NCBI GenBank assembly: GCA_016934215.1 | Contig: JAFGTE010000013.1 | Location: 39,119 to 103,118, forward strand | Direction: 5' to 3' | Source: Candidatus Peregrinibacteria bacterium | GTDB lineage: Bacteria > Patescibacteriota > Gracilibacteria > UM-FILTER-43-11 | Length of the DNA: 64,000 nt | In this document: piece by piece, positions 29,104-38,999 of the stretch | How the letters are laid out: every line of letters starts with the position of its first letter | How positions within the stretch are numbered: the stretch's first letter is position 1 | Program-made: the position numbers and the translations under genes | Notes under the pieces: generated by a model | What the model was told of the DNA's origin: nothing | Seen by the model: only the letters and a program-made list of their open reading frames with translations | Database searches by the model: none

Positions 29104-29892
29104 TTGACGATGCATAAGCAAGAATCTGGCACACCCCATTTTGACGACTGGATTTCACGTTATTCCGAGGCACTGAATTCTGCTGTTAAGAAACAGCGAC
29201 CGGATATTGCCCCTCTGACTCCTGATATTCAAAGGTACTTGGCCCAGACTGAAAGTTACACTAATGATCATGCATTAGAAACAATGAGATTAGCCATGGT
29301 ACTTCGAAAATATTATAGAGATATACTGAACCCTCTCCCTCTTTCTTTTGACGAGAGCGTAGAATCTGTTACTAAAGGCATACTTCCAATCACTGAAGGG
29401 TGTGGTGCAAGGATCAAGATCGCTGAATTGCGTGGTGATTGTATTCGGGCACATGTCGTTGAACGCTATCCCCTTCAGGAAGCACAAACAAGAATGATTC
29501 AGATAATGGAAACAGAATACGGTGAAAGGTATGGCGGAATTATCCCGGAATCACCCAGTCATTCTGTTAAAGTGGCACCACCTATTATTCATCACTCATT
29601 TGATCGACAAACAAGCCCTGATGATCGACAAACAAGCCCTGATGATCGACAAACAAGCCCTGGATCTTTAAGTCCTGAAAAGAAAGCAGCATTCCTTAAA
29701 TTGCTTGATTCGCCTGATGACCTGGGCCGTTTTGTAAGGGCGGCATACCGTATTGATATGGCAGCCATGGAAACACAGGAGGCTGTCGCTCGTGCAGAAT
29801 TTATTCAGACGAATCCTGATCCTGCAGCTTTTGTTGAAGGAGTGATTGATGCAAGTACCTTAAGAGACATTATTAGACGATCCACTAATTAG
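29104..29892 (+). CDS. Hypothetical protein containing a DRQTSPD tandem repeat
   Basis: 262-aa ORF with a TTGACA/TATCAT-like promoter upstream; the true start may be ATG 29110. Confidence 0.6.
   Translation: MTMHKQESGTPHFDDWISRYSEALNSAVKKQRPDIAPLTPDIQRYLAQTESYTNDHALETMRLAMVLRKYYRDILNPLPLSFDESVESVTKGILPITEGCGARIKIAELRGDCIRAHVVERYPLQEAQTRMIQIMETEYGERYGGIIPESPSHSVKVAPPIIHHSFDRQTSPDDRQTSPDDRQTSPGSLSPEKKAAFLKLLDSPDDLGRFVRAAYRIDMAAMETQEAVARAEFIQTNPDPAAFVEGVIDASTLRDIIRRSTN
29601..29662 (+). repeat. 21-bp tandem repeat, about 3 copies
   Basis: TGATCGACAAACAAGCCCTGA repeated head-to-tail and in frame. Confidence 0.92.
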
Positions 29893-31210
29893 ATTGTGGG
29901 TATATTAAACTTATGGTTTCCTGAACACTTCTGAATTTGGTAGCAGAAGCTGTCTTCTTGAATCCCATTTTCTCAGCCTCTTTTAGCCTTTTTTCCATTT
30001 GAGGAACCTGACGGAGTTCGCCGGAGAGGCCAAGTTCACCCAAGGCCGCCATGGTGGCAGGTAAGGGTTTTTTGAGTTTGGAGCTTGCGATGGCCAGGGC
30101 TACGGCCAGGTCGGCGGCAGGTTCATTTAATTTTAAGCCGCCCACCACATTCACATAGACGTCTGTGGAATCGAGTTTCATATTGGCGTAACGATTAAGA
30201 ATCGCGATGATGATGTTGAGGCGATTGAGGTCAAAGCCGCTGGCGGTGCGTTTGGGATAACCGAATTGCGTATAATTGGTCAGCGCCTGAACTTCGACCA
30301 GGAAAACCCGCGTGCCTTCTAAAATCGGTACGATACAAGAACCGATGGGATTTTTGGCCCGGCCTTCAAGAAAAAGAGCGGAAGGGTTGCTGACTTCTTT
30401 TAGGCCGCCCGATTCCATGGCAAATACGCCGACTTCATCCACCGCTCCGAATCGGTTTTTAGTGGAACGAAGCAGGCGGAACTGATGGAAGTTGTCGCCT
30501 TCCAGAAAGAGAACGGTGTCGACCAAATGGGTAAGTACCTGAGGGCCGGCCAGATTCCCTTCTTTATTCACATGGCCGATGAGAAGAATGGGGATTTTTT
30601 TACCCTTGGCTATTTGCATCAGCTGTTCGGCCACATAGCGCACCTGTGAAATAGAGCCGGCTTGCGACGGGATTTCGTCTGAAGCCATGACCTGCACGCT
30701 GTCGACTACCACAAATTCCGGCCGTTCCGCTTCGATCGTAGCCAGAATACTTTCCAGATCGTTCAGATTGATGAGGCCAACTTCATTTTTGAGTTTCAGA
30801 CGATTGGCGCGGCTGGCGATCTGGCCCACAGATTCCTCACCAGAGAAATAAAGGACTTTTTTGCCCAGTCCCGCCATTTTGTCACAGATCTGCAAAGTCA
30901 GAGTGGATTTTCCGATACCCGGATCCCCGGCCAGAAGCACCAGAGAATCTTCCATAAATCCCCCGCCAAGCACGCGGTCCAGCTCGCCCATGCCCGTGAC
31001 CTGCCTTTTTTCTTTAAGTCTTAAATCGCCAACGACGACGGCTGGTTTTACGGGCAGGGCGGCTGACCCGCCGCGGCGGGTTTCTGTTTTTCCCACGTTC
31101 ACCACGTCCTCCGCCAGCGTGTTCCAGGCACCGCATCTGGAGCACTGGCCACCCCATTTGGGATGCTGGGCGGAGCAGGCTGTGCAAACGTATATACTTT
31201 TTAATTTCAT
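29885..31210 (-). CDS. radA: DNA repair protein RadA/Sms
   Basis: N-terminal C4 Zn finger, GDPGIGKST Walker A, KNRFG motif, Lon-like C-terminus. Confidence 0.96.
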   Translation of the reverse strand: MKLKSIYVCTACSAQHPKWGGQCSRCGAWNTLAEDVVNVGKTETRRGGSAALPVKPAVVVGDLRLKEKRQVTGMGELDRVLGGGFMEDSLVLLAGDPGIGKSTLTLQICDKMAGLGKKVLYFSGEESVGQIASRANRLKLKNEVGLINLNDLESILATIEAERPEFVVVDSVQVMASDEIPSQAGSISQVRYVAEQLMQIAKGKKIPILLIGHVNKEGNLAGPQVLTHLVDTVLFLEGDNFHQFRLLRSTKNRFGAVDEVGVFAMESGGLKEVSNPSALFLEGRAKNPIGSCIVPILEGTRVFLVEVQALTNYTQFGYPKRTASGFDLNRLNIIIAILNRYANMKLDSTDVYVNVVGGLKLNEPAADLAVALAIASSKLKKPLPATMAALGELGLSGELRQVPQMEKRLKEAEKMGFKKTASATKFRSVQETISLIYPQSN

Positions 31211-31319
31211 ATTTTGTTTCCTTAGCTTGTCTTCAGTTTAGTAAACAAATGTTCACCTGTCAAAGGAAATTACTTTTCCTTTTAAAAAGGGTATACTTTA
31301 GCCAAATAATTGAGCTTTT

Positions 31320-32015
31320 ATGAACGAGAATGAAAAAAGACTTCAGCATCAAAGGCGGATGTATCTTCTTAAACTGATGACCAGCGCCGGAGGTGAGGAC
31401 ATTGATCTCGATACTTATAATTTCCACCGAGTCTATGTGATTTTCGGTTTCACCGGCAGCGGCAAAGATGCCGTAACAGAAGAATTTATGAAAAGAAATA
31501 AGAAATTTCCTTTTGCTAAATTCGTCAGAACTTTAACACGTGCTAAACGCCCGGGAGAAAATGAAATCTTTAGTGCCTACTTCGTGGAAAAGGAGCTCTT
31601 TAATCATCTGAAAGAACGGGGGCGCTTTTTTTACCATTACGAAAAGTATGACGGCAATGAATTTGGCTATGATACTTCTCATCTTATTTTTCTGCTCTCC
31701 AATAGTAACATTATTATGGTGGGCGGAGGCGAGCAGAATCTGCCGGGGCTTCTCAAAGGCATCAAGTCGGTTTTTCCCAGTATTCCCATAACAACCGTTT
31801 TCGTTAACCGTCCCAAAAAAGATATTCAGGACAGTATCCGGAAACGGGGCGGTGACCCGGCGCAAATCGAAAAACGAATTCAATATGTGGAAGAAAACTG
31901 GCGGGACCGTCCTTTGGACAATTTTGATTATTTTATCTGGGCGGAAAACCTGGAAGAAGGCATTGCTGAATTTACCCGTATCGTTGAAGAGACTTTAACG
32001 CCTCCGTCAGCTTGA
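31320..32015 (+). CDS. Guanylate kinase-like P-loop protein (divergent)
   Basis: GFTGSGKD P-loop, TLTRAKRPGE and IRKRG lid motif; about 35-aa N-terminal extension. Confidence 0.7.
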   Translation: MNENEKRLQHQRRMYLLKLMTSAGGEDIDLDTYNFHRVYVIFGFTGSGKDAVTEEFMKRNKKFPFAKFVRTLTRAKRPGENEIFSAYFVEKELFNHLKERGRFFYHYEKYDGNEFGYDTSHLIFLLSNSNIIMVGGGEQNLPGLLKGIKSVFPSIPITTVFVNRPKKDIQDSIRKRGGDPAQIEKRIQYVEENWRDRPLDNFDYFIWAENLEEGIAEFTRIVEETLTPPSA

Positions 32016-32625
32016 GATGCCCGACTTTGCCGGTATTTTTCTTTAACACGGGAAGTATTTTTTCCTGTGGTGAGCAGAACTGACAGGCCAGTTTTTTAAA
32101 AAAAACAAAATCAAAATCCGGAAAGGATTCCAATATTTTCTGAGCATCATAAAGATCGTACTTTCCCAATTCCAGCCCCCGGCCGGCAAGGATCTTGATA
32201 AGCACCAGGAGTTCCCGGGGAATCAGATAGATAGTGCTCTTATCAATCTTAAGGGTTGTTTTTCGGCGGATGATCTCTTCCGTCAGGCAGATGCTGCAGC
32301 GAAATGCCTTATTTTCGGGCTCAATAACGGATTCTGCGATCAGATCGTAGGAGTTACTGCCCACCTCAAAAACCCCTTTCAGTGAGTGAAAAACGGCTTT
32401 TTTTGTATGACGTTCAAATTTCAGTTCCAAGGTTTTTTCGAAGTCACTGATACGCTTTTTCGGAATCATAAAATCCATATCGTGCGAAAAAGGGCGATCG
32501 GAGCCATACAGAAAAGCAGCTGCTCCGCCCGTCAAAAGAAGCTCATTATGCAGGGCTTTTGGGAGCCGTTTTTTTAATATTTCCACAGCATCCGCTATTT
32601 CTTTCTGAGTCTCTTTCATCATCAT
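31972..32625 (-). CDS. Nucleotidyltransferase of the AbiEii/DUF6036-like superfamily
   Basis: LTGGAAAFLYG...RPFSHDMDF and C-terminal KILAGR...KYDLYD motifs. Confidence 0.6.
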   Translation of the reverse strand: MMMKETQKEIADAVEILKKRLPKALHNELLLTGGAAAFLYGSDRPFSHDMDFMIPKKRISDFEKTLELKFERHTKKAVFHSLKGVFEVGSNSYDLIAESVIEPENKAFRCSICLTEEIIRRKTTLKIDKSTIYLIPRELLVLIKILAGRGLELGKYDLYDAQKILESFPDFDFVFFKKLACQFCSPQEKILPVLKKNTGKVGHLKLTEALKSLQRYG

Positions 32626-32716
32626 CTTTTAATACAAGCCTATTATATCACCTGAAGGCAATGGTTGTGAGACGTAGCTTCTTTGATATAATGGCAACAT
32701 CATTAATCAATTAATC

Positions 32717-33592
32717 ATGGCTGACTTTAGAAATCTTACCAACTTTCCCAGACTTCCTCAGTTACGCGTAGGAGGAAAAATAAAAATCTATATCCTGGCC
32801 GCTATCGTGATCATCCTGATTATTCTGGATGGCCTTGTTTCCGTTCCTCCGGGACACGTCGGTATTATTTATGACCGCGGACGCGGGGTGCTGGCCGATG
32901 AACTTCCGGAAGGACTTCACCTCAAGATCCCCTTCTGGCAGGTCTCTTATTTAACCGACGTGCGCACGCAGGAATATACCATGAGCGTGGCGGCCGGCGA
33001 AGGCGCCGTTTATTCGGATGATTCCATGACGGCCCCCACGAGTGACGGACAGACGGTATGGGTGGATGCGACCGTTCTTTTTCATGTGGACCGCAATAAG
33101 GCGGCAGAACTTTTTGCCACGGTGGGTCCGGATTACGTTCAAAAGATTGTCAGACCCATTGCCCGCTCACAAATACGTTCACAAATAGCTAAATATACAG
33201 CCATTGATGTCTATGCTAAAAAACGTGATGATGCTGAAAAGGAAATCGATAATCGTATTAAAGAACTTTATGCCGAAAAGAATATTGTTCTTGAAAAACT
33301 TCTGCTCAGGCATATCGCTTTTTCGGAAGAATATGCGCAAGCCATTGAAGAAAAACAGGTCGCCGAACAGCGCATTCAGAAGGCGGAATACCAGAAACTT
33401 GAAGCCGCTGAGCTGAAGCAGAAGAAAATCATCGAAGCGGAAGCTGACGCGGAAGCGATTAAATTAAAGGGTGCCATGCTTCGTGCCAATCCGCAGGTCA
33501 TTCAATTTGAATTTGTTCAGAAGATGTCTCCAAATATCACCTGGGGCATCCTTCCCGATAATATTTTGCCTCTTGTTAACCTTGGCCAGTAA
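32717..33592 (+). CDS. SPFH/prohibitin-family membrane protein
   Basis: TM, VPPGHVG, EGLHLKIP, AIEEKQVAEQ coiled coil. Confidence 0.92.
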   Translation: MADFRNLTNFPRLPQLRVGGKIKIYILAAIVIILIILDGLVSVPPGHVGIIYDRGRGVLADELPEGLHLKIPFWQVSYLTDVRTQEYTMSVAAGEGAVYSDDSMTAPTSDGQTVWVDATVLFHVDRNKAAELFATVGPDYVQKIVRPIARSQIRSQIAKYTAIDVYAKKRDDAEKEIDNRIKELYAEKNIVLEKLLLRHIAFSEEYAQAIEEKQVAEQRIQKAEYQKLEAAELKQKKIIEAEADAEAIKLKGAMLRANPQVIQFEFVQKMSPNITWGILPDNILPLVNLGQ

Positions 33593-34308
33593 TGGATCCC
33601 CGAATCGATAAAATTGTTGAAGGCCTCAAAGATTTCTTTGAAAAGGCCGGTTTTAAAAAAGCAGTGCTTGGGCTTTCCGGAGGGGTCGATAGCGCTCTGG
33701 TGGCCAAACTGGCTGTGATGGCATTTGGCAAAGAAAATGTGACGGCTCTGATCATGCCCATGGAAGGCATCAGCCTGCCAAACAGCCTGCCCGATGCTAA
33801 AGCCTGGGCCGAAGAGCTTGGAATTAATTACCAAGTCATCGCCCTCAGAAATTATGTGGAGCGTTATAAGAAACTTCCCTGGAATGAAACGGAACTCGCT
33901 CACATCAATCTGCAGGCCCGCTTGCGCATGACTGTGCTTTATCACTTCGCCAATAGCCATAAAGCCTTGGTACTGGGAACAGGTAACAAAACCGAAGCCA
34001 AGCTCGGTTATTTCACTAAATACGGGGATGGTGCTGTTGATATCGCCCCCATCGGGAACCTTTATAAGACCGATGTCTGGAAGCTCGCTAAAGAACTTGG
34101 CCTTCCTGAACATATCATTAATAAAAAAGCCAGTGCCGAACTTAAAGTCGGCCAAACGGACGAAGGTGAAATTGGTATGAATTATGCTGAAATCGATGCC
34201 GCTCTACGTAAATTTGAATCAGGCGGTCTCGCTGAAACAGAAAACGAGAAAAAACTCCAGGCAAGGATTGAAGCGAATAAACACAAAAGGGAACTGCCCC
34301 GGTTATAG
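33592..34308 (+). CDS. nadE: NH3-dependent NAD+ synthetase
   Basis: GLSGGVDS, NLQARLRM, GTGNKTE, GYFTKYGDG and GQTDE motifs. Confidence 0.95.
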   Translation: MDPRIDKIVEGLKDFFEKAGFKKAVLGLSGGVDSALVAKLAVMAFGKENVTALIMPMEGISLPNSLPDAKAWAEELGINYQVIALRNYVERYKKLPWNETELAHINLQARLRMTVLYHFANSHKALVLGTGNKTEAKLGYFTKYGDGAVDIAPIGNLYKTDVWKLAKELGLPEHIINKKASAELKVGQTDEGEIGMNYAEIDAALRKFESGGLAETENEKKLQARIEANKHKRELPRL

Positions 34309-34315
34309 TTCAGTT

Positions 34316-34711
34316 TTAATCATTTCCTCCCAGCAATGTTAATAACCTGCTTGAAAAGCTTATCACTGCCTGACGGTCGTTTTCCTTTTTAATTCGGTTT
34401 AAATCTGCATTAAATCTATTAACAAGATTGCTTAACTCAGTTCTTGCCAAGGCATCACTTAAAAGTAATATAGCCCCTATTTCATCGCGGTTGGCTACAA
34501 CTTTACCCACCTCCTGTTCATATCGTCCTACAGGTGTAACCGCTTCAATTCCTGAAGCCAGCTGCTTTACTTTTTCCCTTACGATTCCGCGAATAGCCTC
34601 ACCCAGTAAAGCGCGTCCTTTAAGCCTGTTTCTGGCAGCTTCTCTGATATTTCTTTCAACTTCGAAAGCAGGTGCAATACTTTCCCTTTCTTCTTCTCTC
34701 TCTGAATTCAT
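34316..34711 (-). CDS. Hypothetical protein
   Basis: 131-aa helical, charged ORF. Confidence 0.55.
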   Translation of the reverse strand: MNSEREEERESIAPAFEVERNIREAARNRLKGRALLGEAIRGIVREKVKQLASGIEAVTPVGRYEQEVGKVVANRDEIGAILLLSDALARTELSNLVNRFNADLNRIKKENDRQAVISFSSRLLTLLGGND

Positions 34712-34737
34712 TGCGTCTTAATTAATTCGATAATTTA

Positions 34738-35073
34738 TTATTGCTCAGAATTAACGATAAGAGGCTCGATCAGTTTTCTGACGTTTGCCAGTTTTTCTTC
34801 ATCTGAACTCCCCTGCCTCAATGCTTCCAATACGTTGCCCGAAAGTTCCCATCTGGCACCGCTTTCAATCTTTTCAGTCCGACCCCGGGGATTCGTACCC
34901 ATAATATGAAAATAGTAACCGGCTATTTTTCTTACTGCCTCTGTTGCCTCTTCATAGTCACGTCCATCAGTCTGATTAAGCTGTTTTTGTATTCTGCGTG
35001 CTAATCTGCCTTTTTCTTCACTTTCGATTGTATCGGTATCGCGACGATCTACCGGTTCTGAGTTATATAGCAT
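34738..35073 (-). CDS. Hypothetical protein
   Basis: 111-aa charged ORF co-oriented with the previous gene. Confidence 0.55.
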   Translation of the reverse strand: MLYNSEPVDRRDTDTIESEEKGRLARRIQKQLNQTDGRDYEEATEAVRKIAGYYFHIMGTNPRGRTEKIESGARWELSGNVLEALRQGSSDEEKLANVRKLIEPLIVNSEQ

Positions 35074-35149
35074 ATTGAGGGACTTTATGAAATGGGGTTA
35101 TGAATATAACTAATACTTCCTATTAAGTCAATTTTTTGTTATAGAATAA

Positions 35150-35177
35150 TTGACAAAATTATTAAATTAATTATAAT
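35150..35177 (+). promoter_or_regulatory. Sigma70-type promoter
   Basis: TTGACA, 16-nt spacer, TATAAT upstream of ORF 35204. Confidence 0.55.
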
Positions 35178-35203
35178 AGTAGCGTTCCTAAACAACCCCA
35201 ACC

Positions 35204-35467
35204 ATGCGTATGGATTCTGAAATTGCCCAAATTGCAACTGCCGTTGAAGCTGTTCAGGGTCGGACTGATGCAGCAGCCACTCAGGTCAGACTCCAGGCCG
35301 GCGGCCGCCTGATTGAAGTCAGTCGTGGACGTTTACTGGAATCCGTAACCAGCCTGTCTCAGTTGTCTGACAAAGGTACTATTTCCGGAACAACGCTGGA
35401 ATGGATTTTCGACCGATTCCACGAAGAAGGTCACCGCAATGAAGAGGATAGGGTTTATCTGCATTAG
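35204..35467 (+). CDS. Small hypothetical protein
   Basis: 87-aa ORF downstream of a consensus promoter. Confidence 0.5.
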   Translation: MRMDSEIAQIATAVEAVQGRTDAAATQVRLQAGGRLIEVSRGRLLESVTSLSQLSDKGTISGTTLEWIFDRFHEEGHRNEEDRVYLH

Positions 35468-35478
35468 CAGAAACCTTC

Positions 35479-35901
35479 TTACCTCAGAGAATTCAGATAA
35501 TTCTGCAATATGATCTGCGCACTCAGAGCGTCGCGTTTGCCTTTTTGGTCTTTGGCTTTAAAGCCCTGTCCACGCAAAGATTTGACGGCGAATTCGGTAG
35601 AAAGGCGCTCATCAAAGAAGTCGATGCTCATCTGAGGCATGGCTTTTTTAAGTTTGTCGAAGAATTTCTGAGTTTTTTGAGCACGCTCCCCAAAGGTGCC
35701 ATCCATCTGAATGGGCAGCCCCAGAATGATTTTTATAACATCCTCTTCTTTGCATATCTTTTTGAGCTGTTTCAGCAGATTACTTTCACCGGAATACTCT
35801 AAAAAATCCCGCGGAAAAGCAATCTCTTTGTTGTAATCTGAAAGAGCGATTCCCACTCGTTTATCCCCGTAATCAATCGCCAGGTACTTTCCTTTATTCA
35901 T
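35479..35901 (-). CDS. ruvX: YqgF/RuvX pre-16S rRNA nuclease
   Basis: LAIDYGDKRVGIA, GLP, DERLST and DALSAQIIL motifs. Confidence 0.94.
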   Translation of the reverse strand: MNKGKYLAIDYGDKRVGIALSDYNKEIAFPRDFLEYSGESNLLKQLKKICKEEDVIKIILGLPIQMDGTFGERAQKTQKFFDKLKKAMPQMSIDFFDERLSTEFAVKSLRGQGFKAKDQKGKRDALSAQIILQNYLNSLR

Positions 35902-36244
35902 CTTTTTTTTCTTCTTTGGCTTTCTTGGTCTTGGCTGCTTTCTTAACTGCTTTTTCTTTTACCGGTTTTTCTTCTTTTTTAGACGGACCGGCATTGATAG
36001 CTCTTTGTATTCTGGATTTTTTGCGGGCCGCGTTATTTTCATGAATGATTCTTTTTTTTGCCGCTATATCAATAGCCGAAATGACATCAGGAAGGATCTT
36101 TTTAGCTTTTTCTATTTCTCCTTGCTGAACATAAGTTAAGAGCAGTTTGATCACAGACTTCATATGACTGCGGTAGTGACGATTGCGATCGCGACTGGCC
36201 GCATTCTGCTTCATTCGTTTGATGGCGGATTTGATGATTGGCAT
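35894..36244 (-). CDS. rpsT: 30S ribosomal protein S20 with Lys-rich tail
   Basis: PIIKSAIKR and IIHENNAARKKSR motifs. Confidence 0.96.
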   Translation of the reverse strand: MPIIKSAIKRMKQNAASRDRNRHYRSHMKSVIKLLLTYVQQGEIEKAKKILPDVISAIDIAAKKRIIHENNAARKKSRIQRAINAGPSKKEEKPVKEKAVKKAAKTKKAKEEKKDE

Positions 36245-36253
36245 TTTTTCTTA

Positions 36254-36288
36254 ATTCAAGATTCAAAATTCAAGATTCAAAATCTAAT
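36254..36288. repeat. Heptamer tandem repeat upstream of rpsT
   Basis: ATTCAAG ATTCAAA ATTCAAG ATTCAAA ATCTAAT. Confidence 0.7.
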
Positions 36289-36347
36289 ATTTATTAGCCT
36301 TGAATCATTGCTGAGGTATTTTAAGGGATTTAAGAATGAATGGCAAG

Positions 36348-37835
36348 TTAATTCACCAGAAAAACATCATAATCATTCCCCAGAATAATAGAGATATTGC
36401 TACGACTTCCTTCATAGATCTTTTTACCCCCTTCCTCAGTCTTCAGATGAGCCTTTAAGGAAGCCCGTTCATCGGCCCTCACAAAGCCGTCCAGTGCTAC
36501 TAATGTAGCTTCGTAAACTGGTTCAACGAGGCCGCTTTTTTCTTCCGTGTAATCGTAATATTCAACCAGACTTTCCTCCAGGAAGACTTTTTCGTCATTT
36601 TCGTTGTAATAATTGTTAATTTCCTGTATATCAAAACCAAACCGAATGAGCTGGTAAGCGGCATTTCTGGCAATTCCGGGAACGGTTGTGGCATTTAAGA
36701 TTTCAATTTTAGCCGGATGATAGAAAACTTCCCGCTGATGAAAGACCAAGTCTGTATATTTGTGGATCAACTCCAAGTCTCCGCCAAAGGGAATCAGAAC
36801 AAACTGGCCGTTATAGGATTCTCTTTCGGGCGTGTAGAGGAATCCCCCTTCCTGTCCGGGATCATCGTGAATGACTTTACGAACCAGTCTGGAACGGTCC
36901 ATGTGTTTGGCTACTCCCGCCATTGAAATCATTTCCCGAAGGGACATGTCGGTATTTACATTTTCCTGTACTGCGTAGTAAAGATCCTTTAGTTTGCCGG
37001 GCGAAGTTAAGACATCCTTACTGAGGGCTTTCTGCTGAACGGCTTCCAGTACCAGTTGCTGACGACCTGCCCGATCAAAATCCGACGTGGTCTTTCGGCT
37101 GCGTACAAACTTAAGAGCCGTTTCACCATCCATCTCCTGAAGACCTTTTTCTATCGTAAACAGCGTCCATCCGTCATCCGTTTCATTAGGATAATAAGGG
37201 TCATAAATGGTTTCCTGCACATCCACTGTAATGCCGTCCAGACTATCGACTATTTCTACAAAAGCATTGAAATCCAGGCGTACGTAATACTGAATTTCCA
37301 GTCCTGCAATTTCACCCGCTACCCGTTTAAACAGCTGGTAACGATCATTTTCTTCCTCAATAATAAATTTGTGGTTTCTATAAAGCTCATTGATCTTTCC
37401 CCCATAGACCACTCCCATGGTTTCATTACGGTTCACATAGAAGTCGCGGGGAATAGAAAAAAGAGAAACCGCATCTTTATCATAGTCAATGCTGGCCACC
37501 ATAATGGTATCGATCAGGTCCGCCCCATCGCGTTCATGACCGCCATCGCCCAGCAGCAGAATATTCGTATAACCATGTTCATCTTTCGCCAAATCAGAGC
37601 CTAAGGCGAAAATAAGTGACTTGGGGTTTAAATTCGAGACAAAACTATAAGCAGCACTGGTAACTTTGAGAACGATAAATATTCCGAAAATCATCAATAT
37701 TCCGGCGGCGAAATAATTTTTGGTTTTGGGCGGCAGATTTTTGAGGTATCCAAACAGCCCCACACTGTAGTGTCTGGCTGTTCTAAAAGGTTTCAGAGGT
37801 GGCCTCTTACGGATTTTTCGTGTTTTAAAAGTCAT
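36348..37835 (-). CDS. LCP (LytR-CpsA-Psr) family protein with LytR_C domain
   Basis: NILLLG, DTIMV, SIPRD, ALKFVRSR, SDFDRAGRQQ; C-terminal ILNAT...GIA. Confidence 0.9.
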   Translation of the reverse strand: MTFKTRKIRKRPPLKPFRTARHYSVGLFGYLKNLPPKTKNYFAAGILMIFGIFIVLKVTSAAYSFVSNLNPKSLIFALGSDLAKDEHGYTNILLLGDGGHERDGADLIDTIMVASIDYDKDAVSLFSIPRDFYVNRNETMGVVYGGKINELYRNHKFIIEEENDRYQLFKRVAGEIAGLEIQYYVRLDFNAFVEIVDSLDGITVDVQETIYDPYYPNETDDGWTLFTIEKGLQEMDGETALKFVRSRKTTSDFDRAGRQQLVLEAVQQKALSKDVLTSPGKLKDLYYAVQENVNTDMSLREMISMAGVAKHMDRSRLVRKVIHDDPGQEGGFLYTPERESYNGQFVLIPFGGDLELIHKYTDLVFHQREVFYHPAKIEILNATTVPGIARNAAYQLIRFGFDIQEINNYYNENDEKVFLEESLVEYYDYTEEKSGLVEPVYEATLVALDGFVRADERASLKAHLKTEEGGKKIYEGSRSNISIILGNDYDVFLVN

Positions 37836-37868
37836 GCTACCTGCGAAAATTTATCATTTTTGAGTCCG

Positions 37869-37916
37869 TCTGACAATTAAAATCCACCCCCTTTTGAGGA
37901 GATGGATTTTGTCAGA
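37869..37916 (-). terminator. Probable intrinsic terminator after rplL
   Basis: AAAATCCA...TGGATTTT inverted repeat extended by TCTGAC/GTCAGA. Confidence 0.55.
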
Positions 37917-37929
37917 TTTGCAGTTTAAT

Positions 37930-38334
37930 CTATTTCAGTTCAACTGTAGCACCAGCCTCCTCCAGCTGAGCTTTCATCTTTTCAGCATCCGCTTTCTTAA
38001 CATTTTCCTTGATTGTTTTGGGGGCTCCGTCAACGAGATCTTTGGCTTCTTTCAGACCCAGACCGGTAATCTCGCGAACGACCTTAATGACTGCGATTTT
38101 CTGCCCGCCGGCATTGGTCAGTTCCACTGTGAAGCTGTCTTTTGCCGCCTCAGCTTCTCCGCTTCCGCTGGCAGCACCCGCTGCAGCAACAGCGACAGGA
38201 GCGGCAGCGCTTACACCGAACTCCTCTTCCATGGCTTTAACCAGGTCAGCCAGTTCGAGCACACTGAGCTTTTTAACCTCATCAAGGATTCCCTTAGCGG
38301 CCTTGGATAATTTAATTTCTTTCTCGTCAGACAT
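37930..38334 (-). CDS. rplL: 50S ribosomal protein L7/L12
   Basis: [33 protein letters not shown] and [11 protein letters not shown] motifs. Confidence 0.98.
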   Translation of the reverse strand: MSDEKEIKLSKAAKGILDEVKKLSVLELADLVKAMEEEFGVSAAAPVAVAAAGAASGSGEAEAAKDSFTVELTNAGGQKIAVIKVVREITGLGLKEAKDLVDGAPKTIKENVKKADAEKMKAQLEEAGATVELK

Positions 38335-38379
38335 AATGCAAATAAATTAAAAATTAAAGATTGAAAATTAAAAAATTAA

Positions 38380-38988
38380 TTAAGCAGTTTCCTCTTTCCC
38401 TTCTTCCTTAAGCCCCTCAGCCGGAGTTTTTTCTGTCTTTTCTTCCGTAACAGGGGGAACTTTTTCAGCTGGTTTGGTATCTTTATAAGCGTTTAAAACT
38501 CTTACAATACCACCCACTAAACTGTTACCGATACCGACAAAACCGGAAAGTGGTGAAATCATGGAACCAACTAATTTGGCTAGTAATTCTTCTTTGCCTG
38601 GAAGCTTGGCGTACTTTTGAATCACTTCGGGGCCAACTACTTTGCCGTCTACAATTCCTCCAAGCAATTTGATATTTTCGTTCTTCTTGGAATATTTATA
38701 GAGAATCTGAATTCCTGTTAACTCATCTTCGTATGAAAAAGTAGCGACAACCGGGCCTTCCATCACCGATTTATCCAGTTCGCCCACTTTATCTTTTGCA
38801 GCTAGTGTGATCAGGGTTTTTTTGGCTACTTTCATTTCAGCATTTTTTTTGCGAAGTTCTCTCCGAAGTTCGGAAATACTGGCGACATCAAGCCCACGAT
38901 AATCCGCAAAAACAACCGATTTACTGCGACCGAATCTATCAACAAGGTCTTGGAGGATTGCTTCTTTTTTCTGTCTGGTAATTGCCAT
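38380..38988 (-). CDS. rplJ: 50S ribosomal protein L10
   Basis: DYRGL, ELRRELR, VAKKTL, LPGKEELLAKL motifs; directly upstream of rplL. Confidence 0.96.
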   Translation of the reverse strand: MAITRQKKEAILQDLVDRFGRSKSVVFADYRGLDVASISELRRELRKKNAEMKVAKKTLITLAAKDKVGELDKSVMEGPVVATFSYEDELTGIQILYKYSKKNENIKLLGGIVDGKVVGPEVIQKYAKLPGKEELLAKLVGSMISPLSGFVGIGNSLVGGIVRVLNAYKDTKPAEKVPPVTEEKTEKTPAEGLKEEGKEETA

Positions 38989-38999
38989 AATATTAAAAT

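Noticed and set aside
29601-29662. Possible CRISPR array
   Set aside because: The repeats are contiguous with no spacers, lie in frame inside a CDS, and no cas genes are present.
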